Origin: Owenia fusiformis
Taxonomy: Eukaryota
Direction: 5' to 3'
NCBI GenBank assembly: GCA_903813345.2
Contig: CAIIXF020000001.1
Span: forward strand, 16,926,001 to 16,990,000
Length of the DNA: 64,000 bases
Shown here: piece by piece, positions 33,500-44,851 of the stretch
Position numbering within the stretch: position 1 is the stretch's first letter
Layout of the letters: every line of letters starts with the position of its first letter
The notes under the pieces: generated by a model
The model's database searches: none
What the model saw: only the letters and a program-made list of their open reading frames with translations
What the model was told of the DNA's origin: nothing
Position numbers and translations under genes: made by a program

Positions 33500-36400
33500 C
33501 TGGAACAAGAGATTGCATTTGTTTAAACACAGGTGCTTAAAATGTGAGGAGATTCGTCAAAGGAGAATGCCTTTATATTCAGGTATAAAATTAGACTTAT
33601 AGAGATCTTAATAGAGGTCTTAATTTGAATAAGCGGTTAAAGTTAACTCACCACAGCATTGTTAGGATCTAGTTCACTTGCAGATTTGAATAATTCAAAG
33701 GCCTCTTTATATGAGCCTTTACCAAGGTGCAGGAATCCCCTGAAATCAAACAAACAAAACTCAAAATTAAAAATTGTGAATTTAATTCTTAACCCATTGA
33801 AAACCCAGGGTGCACTAGCTATAATTGAGTTAATGAACATTTTGTGAAGACAATATTGGAACTACAGAAAAAGTTGTTTTCTAACTTTAGTCTACTTGGA
33901 ACTCTGGCAGTTAAAACATGGCTTTTAACATACAAAATTCCACCACCTGCCATTTGTTACAGACACTGAATGCCAAACATCAACCACCAAATGCTGAACA
34001 CATACCGCTTAATGCCAAACACTCTCCACAAAAAGTTGGAGACCATAACAATATGTCACAACTTATGGTGGTGACATAAAAATTTGACTGAAAAATTGTC
34101 TATATTGAGATAAAATACTCAGTTTGCCATGATTATTCCAAATGTTACTTTTACAAAGTCACTCACTCATTCAGCAGATCTGTTGAATCCTTCTTTCCAC
34201 CACTGGCAAGATGTCCATCCTTAATTCCTTGAAATTGTTGTTCTGCAAGATTTAGCTGCCCCATCTGAAATAAACACAAAGCAATAAACAAACAAGGCAT
34301 TAAAACATGTCAAAATGTCACCACCTGCAAATGGTGGATTCTTACAGATACTGACATCTACCACTAATGCAGAAACTGAATACCAGTCACAAAAACAGTG
34401 TCTAAAACGAATGAATAACAAGGGATTAAAACGCAAAATGTTGCCACCTCCCATTTGTTACAGACACTGAAATGCAAAACACTAGTCCACAAAAAAGTTG
34501 GAAACTATAACAATATGTCACCACTTGTGGTGGTCACATCATAAGATAGGACAATTAAACCAAAATTATAATTCAGTACTCATACAGTTGTATAGTTCCG
34601 AATTCAGATTGGTCAAAAAGTGTCCCAATACAGTGTAAATGCTTATCTCATCATTCAAGATCTGGCTTTGCTTCTATCACAACTATGGAAAGAATTGAAA
34701 TACCCCTGGACCAAGGATGTGCTTATCTGTGTCAGTGGCGTAGTGTGGGTATTATGTGAGTGTACGCCACGAGTTAGTGAAGCAAACAAGCTTTTAGGGG
34801 GTTTGGGGGGGGGGTTCTCCCCCGAGAAAATGAGATTGGATTTGAAGCCTTCTATGTGGCATTTTAAAATATGAAATTCTGACTAATATGGACCAATAAA
34901 ATGTAAATTATTGGCGCTCTTTTCAGAATATCCAGTATTTTTAAAGTGTGGTGCAATTCAATATAAAAATCAACTTTTCTCTAAATTTTGAGAGTATGCC
35001 ATGGCGTTTTGTGTGTATATGATGCTACGCCATTGTATGTGTATACAAAGGATTGCTATCGATATGGTAAACTGAATTCAACAATGTTTTTCTCTTAAAC
35101 CAATTATTGACAACAGTGATTTAATTATTTGTATATATTTTATATAACTGTTTTTAGTGCAGTTGTTTTTTGTTCCTTTCTACCAATTCTTGAGAATGAA
35201 AAAATATCTTTCCGAACCTCTCAATATTATAGTTATACAAACGAAATTTTGGTTGATTTATCAAAAAGTATTCAAAGAATTAAAACAAAAACTACTATTT
35301 TTAAATCAACAAGCGTGTTCAAAAAGTTCACCATATCGAAACCAATCCTTTGGAACATTACTTGACACAGATATTGAGAAAAACGGGACAATAAAAAGTC
35401 AGGAGCTGTTCATTCACAAGAGAAGTTCCTAGGTGTAAGAATCCCTGAGGTCCTTTTTTGAAAATCATTTCCCTTTTGAATATAATTTTACAGAGTAAAT
35501 GATCAGAATCAAAATTTGAATATTGAGCGGACAAGTGGATAACTTAAAAAGGTAAGAGAAAGTCAAAATTTAAAGGATCAATTAATCATCAAGATATAAA
35601 ATTGAAAAGCTCTTAGTCATGTTAAGTTGGGTCTCTGCCAACCTGGTTGAGTGTAATATCTACAGTTACCTCGTTTAATTAACACACAACTAAATGAGCG
35701 TTTGATTTGCTAAACGATATGCGTCACCCTTTAATAACAAGCGGATGTATACCTGGAGAAATATCCGGCCAATGGAGCTGCTAATTGCCGCCTGGTTTTT
35801 CTCGTCTTTTGTAAGAAGGGTCTGCAGTATCTCAATACAGGAGGTATAGTCCTGAAACAGCAAGTACACGAGATTCGTATTAGTCACTGCTACTCCTGTT
35901 ATATACCTTCCCAACCTTACTGAACTCAGCTGCTCCCAGCTAAGGGGAATGTCCATAGACTGATCTTACTTAAAGCTAAGTCAAATATGAGGTCACAAGA
36001 TTGAATTTTTGCATTTTAGGAAATTTGAACATATGCTATCTGAGACGAGATTTGAAAGATATGCCATAAGCCCCAATCAAGGTGAATATATAGAAAGATT
36101 GGTCACACAAAGGCTCATATTAAGGGGTCAATAATTTATGTGTATGACCAAAAATGGGAAGAGATAGATCCTATAACCACCAAGCAAGGAACATTCTCAT
36201 TTTACTTTATTATAGGGGCTATTTTGCTTTCTTGTTTTTATGTACTTTTGTTTTTTTATTCAAAGTAACTTTTCGTGAGGATAAAATTAGTTTGAACTAT
36301 ACTAGTTCTATATTTTGTTTCATTAAGTTTTCAACCGAATTAAGTACACAGTGTACTTCCAAGTAGATTGCTGCTACTAGGCAATAACGCAAATGCGAGT

Positions 36401-39400
36401 AGGTAGTAACCAGTTTCACCACCAGGTGGCTCGCTCGGGTCAGATAGCATGGCGGGTATAGTAGAAAGTTCCCTTTAACTTAAATTACATCTTTTTTAGT
36501 GGTTCAATTTTCATGTAACCCTTATGTATCGAATAGTTATGCAAATTAAAGTATGTCCAGTAAAAGAAAATGTTATACCAATACAAGAAAAGATATTTCA
36601 CTTTTTGTGAATTTGTAATATGGAGTCTATGGGGAATCAACCCGATTTTCAAAAAGGATTAAATTTTCAAAGTTGATAAATCATTTTCTAAACCATATTT
36701 TTTGATGTATTTTTACATGTAGATTTCAAATATGACATCACTTTGACTGAATTTTGAATATTTATGATGTAAATCAAGATCATTTCTACTCGCATCTAGT
36801 CTATTACAAACAGCAAAATCCTATGGCTTGAAGATGTATGAGGGTAAAAGGGAAATAGGGTTACACTCTACTATGGGCTTTCATACCCCCCATGTCTCTA
36901 CATACATACCTTAATAGACAGCAGGACATTCGAAATAGTGTAAAGCAATTTGATTTCACGCTTTCTCCACAAATCCACTGATGCTGAAAAACAGAAAGTA
37001 AAGGTTAATTAAAACATAATGTCACCTTGTTATATCAAATACTATAATATAGTGGTTCCACAATGCAATTCCTGACTGATCAAAGCATGTAGAACACACA
37101 GGTTGGACCCAATTATTAGTGCGTAATTTAAAGTGTGAGGTTCCAGCATGAAATTTTAAACAAGGGCGGCAATCCAAGTTTAACAGCTAGCACACAATAT
37201 TCAGATGGATGGGGAGTGAGGTGAGCTGTTTACGGATTTGGCTTCAGATAATGTTAAAAACTCCGCAGAAAGCTATATCAATATCTAGATTTATTTGTGG
37301 CTGCACTCAGTAATAATTTATCATTACACTGTGATTATAGCACCATGTATAATACATATTTTACTAATGATATCCCTTAATTAACTTATTTTGATCTAGG
37401 TATTAACATGGAAAATGTCACTACATTCCATTTGTTACAGACACTGACCACCAAATTCACTAATGTTGTCCCTCCATTAACTTTTTTTGATCTGGCATTA
37501 ACATGCAAAATGTCACCACCTGCCATTTGTTACAGATGCATACCACCAAATGTCAAATGCTGAATGCCAAACACAATCCCCCAAAAATTTGGAGACTATA
37601 TAATAACAATATGTGGTAGTGACATAAAAATTGAAGAAGGGACCAATTACGAATCTAGGCTCCCCTATGTATGAACCAGGCACAATTTTTTTAATTCTTA
37701 GTTGATTTCCAGGATGAGATTTTTCTTTTTTTTCATTTCTCATTTATTCCATATATAATATATAAAAAATACAATACAATATTATTGCCTACATTTTTCA
37801 ACATTGTCGGCAATATACAAAGCATGTCAAACTGGAAATAATGGAAATACAATAGATTAGGTCCATAATATAGATGGTGAAAAATGTTAGAGGTGCAGTA
37901 AAACCCGTATATAGTGAATACCGATGAATCTACAAAAAGTGTTCACTCAGGTAGGTGTTCACCACAGAGGGGATTTTATACAAGAGTCCATGTAAACTGT
38001 GTCTTGAAGTGGTGTTCACTAGACACAGGTGTTCACTAGAGAGAGGTGTTTACTAAGGTTTACTGTTTTATACTAGATTTGTGCTTGATTTCTAGCCCTT
38101 TATTAACACTTCTATAAATAGTTTCAAAATTGGGTTACCCTTATTATAGGTTCATAAATGAGTGTCAATATTAATTATGTTTTTGATGTGAACTGTATCA
38201 GATTCAAATGACAATCTTCAAAAATATCAGGTATTAGGACAGATTAAATGCTATCCTAACATAGACTGAGGGGGGAAACACAATCGAGAAACGTTAATTA
38301 ATGACTGAAAAATACAAGATCAGCGTAGGAACCATACTTCCTGAGTTAGAAATCATGATTAGAGCCAGAGGGCATTAAACCATTATGGTATAACTAGATA
38401 ATGGCAAAGCCAAGGTGTAACAAACTCCATTGAACATTTCTTAGAGCATAAGGCAAGACTGCCAAACATTATTTCTCAATAGGCCACAATACTGGATGAT
38501 TTGCCAAATTATAATCTGTCAAGCTCGGATGTATTTACTTATTAATAACAACAAAAGACATCTGTCATTTTTGGCTTTTTGAGCATATCATAAAAATCTC
38601 AAAAATCCCTTGATTACTTTTCAGAGAAAAGTCATAGAGTCATAGAACAAGACACACAGTGATAAATATCGCACTTTGAAGAGCAAACTGGCCACCATGC
38701 AATTTACCCAGCATGGCCAAAACCTAATCAGACCTTGGCACTAGTCTGCTCTTGCATCTGTAAACATTTCAAGTTGACAAGGTTAGCGGTTTTCCTGCAA
38801 TTTTGATGACAAGAATTTATTTGTAGTCTTGAACTTTGGGAAAATTTAGATAACATTATTTGTGACCTAATTTGATGACCTTCGACCTTGAAAATTTTGT
38901 AATTAGCTGACCTAAATTTAAATCCAAAATATCAATTTAGAAAATCAAATTTTTGACCTTTTCAAGGCCACTGAAGGTCAACGAAAGGTCAAATCTGAAA
39001 TCTAAGGTCAGATTTGAACTTCTGAGAACTTGTAGATGTTTTTAAAAAAGAAATTGGTCAATTTGGAGCAAGTTGAAAAATTCAAAATGGCCGCCAAATT
39101 GAAAAATTCAAAATGGCCACCATGTAATTCAGCCAGCATACCCCAAACCTAATCAGATCTTGGCAATAGTCTGTTCTTGCATCTGTAAAAATTTCAAGTT
39201 TAACGGATAAGTGGTTTTCCAGGAATTTTGATGACAAGATTTGTTGAAAAATTCAAAATGGCCACCACATAGTTTACCCAGCATGCCCTTAACCTAATCA
39301 GATCTTGGCACTAGTCTGCTATTGCATGTGTAAAAATTTCAAGTTGAACAGGTTAGCGGTTTTCTTGGAATTTTGATGACAAGAATTGATTTGTAGTCTC

Positions 39401-42341
39401 AAACTTTGAGAAACTTGGATAACATCATTTGTGACCTAGTTTAATGACCTTGACTTTCGACCTTGAAAATTTCACTTTTTCAGACCTCAGTAGGTGTTTT
39501 GTAATTAAGCTGACCTAAATTTAAATCCAAAATATCAATTTAGAAAATCAACTTTTTTGACCTTTTCAAGGTCACTGAAGGTGAATGAAAGGTGAAATCT
39601 GAAATCTAAGGTCAGATTTGAACTTCTGAGAACTTGTAGATGTTTTTAAAAAAAAAATTTGGTCAATTTGGAGCAAGTTGAAAAATTCAAAATGGCCGCC
39701 AAATTGAAAAATTCAAAATGGCCACCATGTAATTCAGCCAGCATACCCAAAACCTAATCAGATCTTGGCAATAGTCTGCTCTTGCATCTGTAAAAATTTC
39801 AAGTTGAACGGATAAGTGGTTTTCCTGGAATTTTGATGACAAGATTTGTTGAAAAATTCAAAATGGCCGCCACATAGTTTACCCAGCATGCCCTTAACCT
39901 AATCAGATCTTGGTACTAGTCTGCTCTTGCATCTGTAAAAATTTCAAGTTGAACAGGTAAGCAGTTATCCTGGAAATTTGATGACAAGATTTGGTTTATG
40001 TCCCGCCCGCCCGCCCAAACGCCCGCCCAACAGCACAAGACGACGACAATATAGCACTTTTTCAAAGTGCGATAAAAAGTGACACAGATAGAAATGGCAA
40101 CCTTGTGGGGAAATTATCAAAAAGACTATATGCAATACTTCCAAGTATTTACATCTAATATATTAACAAAAGTGCTACCATCACAGGCTGGTATCGAAAG
40201 ATTTGTCCGCTGTGACGGAGCATGCTATTTTTCATAAAAACACTAAGAATGCTTCACGATTTATTTCTTAACTCATATGTTTCGTTTTATCAAAGATGAT
40301 TACTTACTCCATGCAATGGATATATCATTTGCGTGTAACCTTCACTTCTGTTTGAAGTCCAATAACGCTAGGAGTAAAATCTATTGAAAACGGCGCCAGA
40401 GTATCAAACTCTAAAATGTACCATTTCTTTTTTAATCTTTTAATAGTATGATATAGTGACACGATAATATTAACATATGTTTTCACCATAACTCTGAATG
40501 TATTAATGAAATATTAATGCATTGTGTCTTTTTATTTTTTTTATAAAAAAATAATATTAATATTTTTTGTCCGCTGTGACGGAGCATTTTCACAGTTCAC
40601 ATTTGCAACTGCTCCGTCACAGCGGACAAAAAAATTAAACATTATTTTTTATAAAAGAATTAAAAAGACCAAATACATCAACATCTCATTTATACCTTCA
40701 TAGTTATGCTGAAACCATGTGTAAATATTATCGTGTCACTATATCGTGCCATTAGAAAGTTAAACAAGAAATGGTACATTTTGAAGTATGATACTCCGGC
40801 GCCATTTTCAATAGCTTTTCTTCCCAGCGTAATTGGACTTCAAACAGAAGTGAAAGTTACCCGCAAATGATATATCCATTGCATGGAGTTAGTAATTTTG
40901 TATGGTATAACGAAACTTGTGAGTTAAAAAATAAATCATGAAGTATTCTTAGTGTTTTTATGAAAAATAGCATGCTCCGTCACAGCGGACAAATATTTCG
41001 ATACCAGCCTGTGACCATATATTTTAATAACAAAAAAAAGAATTTGAAATTTTGGACCATATCAAAACCTTGCTCATAATGATCTGCATGAAAACCATTA
41101 CAATTTCATACGAAATTCTTAGAAAAATGCTGTAAAATCAAGACATTTTGAAAATTAGTTTTCAAGCAGAAATTGTATTTCCATGAGACATAAATTTATA
41201 AAATATGAAAAATATTGGTGCAACAGTATTTGAGGTATCACCTGGCTCAAGCCCATGCCTGGATCAACTGAGAGACAGACAGATGAACGATGCATGGGTG
41301 GACATCAATACAGACAGACAAAGAAATTCTCATTATCCCCTGAAGTTCATAATAAAAACACTCATTCGAAAGTAGAGTCCTTTTTACTTTGATTAATTAA
41401 TCATTAGAACCTGTTGCTTCAAGGTGGAATGAATACGAACAACAACATTGAAGGTGTAGTTAATAGTCTAGCTACACGGTCTTGTTGGTAAAATAGATAA
41501 GGGGGAAGGTCCACTGTCTTGAAGCAAGATGATGTTGTTAATAGTTTTGATCAAAACAGCAAAGGCTATCAAGCAAGTCACCTTTTTTCTGTCATTCTAA
41601 TAGAGAAACTATATTAGAATTTCTCTAAGTAAAAATCACTATATAACATGGCAGCAACTTAGACCAAAAACATGTACAACGATAAGTGATACCAGTAGTA
41701 AACTTAAAGGGACTGTCGAAGCTATAGCAACCTAAAAACTGTTTAGGAAAACCACTCCTTTAAGAGTGGTAAAAATATACCTTGACGTGTGTCATCGCTC
41801 AGTTCTATTGCGGCACCTTCTTCAGACAGACCAGAGCCAAGGTTGGTGAGGATCTATAACAAATAAATTAATCAGTCAACCATTCATTTTCTAATATGAA
41901 TAAAATAGCCATCACATAAAGATGCACATACAAGATGAAAAAAGCGTCGTATCAGTTGTCAATTTCCAGACATTTTCTACTGAGTTAATGTAGTGTGAAT
42001 TATTGTAGCCTCAAAACCATGAATATTATACTCTTTATTTTGAAACAAGTTGATTAATAAATTCTTCTTTTGCAAGTACATGAAATACAAAACTTCATCG
42101 AAAACATTCTTATCTCTCATGCCAATCGTTACACGGAACAACCAATCTGGCGTTCAATTAAAAATATATTCAAAAGAAAACAGATGAATTCCAGCTTCCT
42201 GGAATTTTAAAAAATACTAATGAGTTACCTTTGTGACTATTGCCATTATATAGAACAACCTGTCAAGGGCCTCTTGTGACTTGCCAAGATAATGCGGAAG
42301 CTCTGCGTGGAGAAGACGCATCCCAAATGGGACCAAAGAAC
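33257..42341 (-). CDS. TRAPPC12: Trafficking protein particle complex subunit 12 (TTC15), last 7 coding exons
   Basis: Exons in transcript order: 42341-42229 GSLVPFGMRLLHAELPHYLG; 41853-41781 ILTNLGSGLSEEG; 36983-36910 SVDLWRKRE; 35851-35753 DYTSC...SIGRIFLQ; 34264-34167 MGQLNLAEQQF; 33739-33652 GFLHLGKG...ELDPNNAV; 33499-33257 AVNNMAVCALYTGKL...ILFNLCTLHELESS...ACLKMS*. All GT-AG and phase-consistent. No upstream exons recognised in the window. Confidence 0.92.
33652..33739 (-). CDS. TRAPPC12: TRAPPC12 exon (TPR)
   Basis: GFLHLGKGSYKEAFELFKSASELDPNNAV. Confidence 0.9.
34167..34264 (-). CDS. TRAPPC12: TRAPPC12 exon (TPR)
   Basis: MGQLNLAEQQFQGIKDGHLASGGKKDSTDLLN. Confidence 0.85.
34733..35035 (+). 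mobile_element. CAGTGGCGTAG-terminated MITE (hAT-like), same family as 43356-43640
   Basis: cagtggcgtag ... ctacgccattg; shares gagtgtacgccacgagt and cttttctctaaa with the 43356 copy. Confidence 0.75.
35753..35851 (-). CDS. TRAPPC12: TRAPPC12 exon (TPR)
   Basis: DYTSCIEILQTLLTKDEKNQAAISSSIGRIFLQ. Confidence 0.9.
36383..36800 (+). mobile_element. Non-autonomous element with atgcgagtag/ctactcgcat subterminal repeats (fragments also near 16340-16395 and 26990)
   Basis: Inverted 10-mer near both ends; 3' segment gatgtaaatcaagat..tttctactcgcatctag shared with 16357-16390. Confidence 0.55.
36910..36983 (-). CDS. TRAPPC12: TRAPPC12 exon
   Basis: SVDLWRKREIKLLYTISNVLLSIK. Confidence 0.88.
37896..38065. 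mobile_element. Degenerate pogo-like MITE
   Basis: cagtaaaacc ... ggtttactg with repeated gtgttcacta. Confidence 0.55.
38646..40078 (-). mobile_element. HINE with large internal direct duplications
   Basis: subTIRs tatcgcactttgaa ... ttcaaagtgcgata, CGCC microsatellite near 40003-40028, repeated cctaatcagatcttggca and aattcaaaatggcc blocks. Confidence 0.85.
40182..41013. mobile_element. 832-bp near-complete palindrome (foldback MITE) with CACAG...CTGTG ends and 5-bp TSD ACCAT (Transib-like)
   Basis: ACCAT|CACAGGCTGGTATCGAAAGATTTGTCCGCTGTGACGGAGCATGC ... GCATGCTCCGTCACAGCGGACAAATATTTCGATACCAGCCTGTG|ACCAT; arms of about 405 bp. Confidence 0.92.
41781..41853 (-). CDS. TRAPPC12: TRAPPC12 exon
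   Basis: ILTNLGSGLSEEGAAIELSDDTRQ. Confidence 0.88.
42229..42341 (-). CDS. TRAPPC12: TRAPPC12 exon
   Basis: GSLVPFGMRLLHAELPHYLGKSQEALDRLFYIMAIVTK. Confidence 0.92.
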
Positions 42342-43355
42342 CTGAAAATAAAAGCAGATATTTTATTTTTATAACACTTAACAATCAGCTTATATCTTCT
42401 AAGAATAAAAAATGTAATTCAATATCAGAACTATGATATCTTCTGTCAAGACAAATGTGATGTAATATATTAGTACAGGTATTGTATTATACATGCATTG
42501 AATTATATTGTATTTGTTTTATTGTATTGTATTTTATTGTATTGTATTATATTGTATTGTATTAGTATAGTACATATATTTCATAGTGTAATACAGGGTG
42601 TCCCAAAATTGTAGACAGGGATAACTGTTTTTTCTCCTCATCAAAAAACTACCTTTCTCTTTCTCAAGTTTGACTCAAAAACATCAGCTATGTGTTAATT
42701 TACATTCAGTCTTTTGCTTGGAATTTAAAACACATGAGTTCCTTGAACTATGGATAGAGAGCACCAGGAGTTAAAAGATGTATCAAGCATATCGAAGTGT
42801 CAATCGTAATCCATTCTGTATCAAACTAAGTTCCACTTGTCAAACCAACTCAAATTAAATCACATGCTGACATATTTACTTTGGAGGGAAATGCTCGGGG
42901 ATTAAACTTGCTGATTGGAGATTTACGTGTTTGTAAGGAATTATCTGACCTAATGAGAAGCTAACATGTGGCAGACACTTGAAAAACAAACAGATTACCA
43001 TTCAATGTAAGCGTGGGAAATAAAAGGATACAGACCAATCAATCGACTATCGGTGATTAAAAGGTTATCGGTGATTAACCAATTATACCTGACACCACTA
43101 GTACTACTCGTATATGTTATGTAGTGCAGTACATGTATTGTATAGTGTAGTACATATATGGTATAGTGTATTAAATGTACTTTTAGAATGTAGCACATGG
43201 ATTCCAATGTGTATCATTACTGACTTGTATTGTTTTGTGTGAGATAGTTGTAGTAACTCAAATGAAATGAAAAAAATCATATAATGTGGTACATGTATTA
43301 TATATTGTAAAACATGTAGTGTAGATATGGTACATAAAATGTAGCACATGTATTG

Positions 43356-43640
43356 CAGTGGCGTAGCGTGGGTATTTTATGAGTGTACGCCACGAGTGAG
43401 CGAAGCGAACGAGCTTTGAGGGGGGTTCTTTCCCCAAAGAAAATTTGAAAAAATTAGATTGCATTTGAAGCGTTCTGGGGCGTTTTAAAATACGAAATTT
43501 CGACGACGAAAAAATAATATGGATTAATAAAATGTTAGGCCATTACTTCAAAATATTAAACGTGGGTCATTTCAATATCAAAAATTCACTTTTCTCTAAA
43601 CTTTGAGAGTACGCTATGGCGTTTTATGGGTACGCCACTG
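43356..43640 (+). mobile_element. CAGTGGCGTA-terminated MITE (hAT-like)
   Basis: TATTG|CAGTGGCGTA ... TACGCCACTG|TATTG. Confidence 0.8.
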
Positions 43641-43748
43641 TATTGGATAGTGTAGTGCATATATCACAATAGTTTAGCACTTGTATTATATAATACAGTA
43701 CATCTATTGTTCCATGTAGTACATGTAATACATAGTGTATGTATTGTA

Positions 43749-44817
43749 CGAGGGGTGATCAATAAGTAATGGACGCTTTTTTACACAGATACTTTTTATA
43801 GACCAATCCCTTTGATTTTCCTACCAGTGATACATCATTCAATTATCTATCAATTCTGAAGATTTGAAGACAAAATATATAATACATATTGATATATCCT
43901 TATTTCCGTGAAGGAGGTACAGGTACCCCGGGACCGACATTTACGTCACATATTCAGTTTTTAGCCAGTTTGGTAAATTTCAGTTAGATTTAAACGTTTT
44001 ATATGCAACAATTGTTGTGTTGTTTTGCTGACTGGTAACACACAAACAGTAAGTATTATAATGTCAGAGTGTTGTATGGAAGGGGTTTGCAGGTCAATTT
44101 GAGAAAGCATTGTGGAAGAAAGGGGTGGTGCGAGAAGGAAACACCCTACTCCATATGGACAATGCACCTGCCCACAGATCTCATATGTTCAGAAAACAAT
44201 ATCCCTGGACCTCAAAGCCCTTGGCCAATGCACCATATTGTCCAGATCTGCTCACATGTGACTTGTTTATTTCTATACTACTTATTTCTATAGAGAAAGG
44301 ATGCAGGTTCATTGACATTGATGAAATAAAACAACCCGTGCAACTGCATCTTGCTACCGTCAGAGAATGGATTCAGCCTTGTCTCACAATCTTGAGTTAA
44401 GAGGATGAGGAATTGTGTACATGTAGCACTTGATGGAACCTATTTAGAGGGCCCTGTGGAATGAATGTGGCATGAATACCACATAGTGATGATAAAATAT
44501 TCAAAATCAACTATAGCATAACAAAATGGGGTAATTCATGACCATAATGGTTTGTTTTGCTCAGCCTGCATCCAATTGCATTGCATGTTAAACAATCTAA
44601 AATAGCTTCAGAATATGTGACGTAAATGTCGGTCCCGGGGTACCTGTACCTCCTTCACGGAAATAAGAATATATCAACATGTAATATATACATTGTCTTC
44701 AAATCTTCAGAGTTGATAGATAATTGAATGATGTATCACTGGTAAGAAAATCAAAGGGATTGGTCTATAAAAAGCATCTGTGTAAAAAAGCGTCCATTAC
44801 TTATTGATCACCCCTCG
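43749..44817 (+). mobile_element. Internally deleted mariner element with about 205-bp TIRs and TA TSD
   Basis: TA|CGAGGGGTGATCAATAAGTAATGGACGC ... GCGTCCATTACTTATTGATCACCCCTCG|TA; remnant 44110-44400 LLHMDNAPAHRS...APYCPDLLTCDLF...GCRF (mariner HDNA and YSPDL motifs). Confidence 0.9.
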
Positions 44818-44851
44818 TAAAATGCAATACATATAGCCTACATGCATTGTA

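Noticed and set aside
40182-40230. True V(D)J-type recombination signal
   Set aside because: CACAGGC is not followed by an ACAAAAACC-like nonamer at 12 or 23 bp; only the CAC end and 5-bp TSD are shared.
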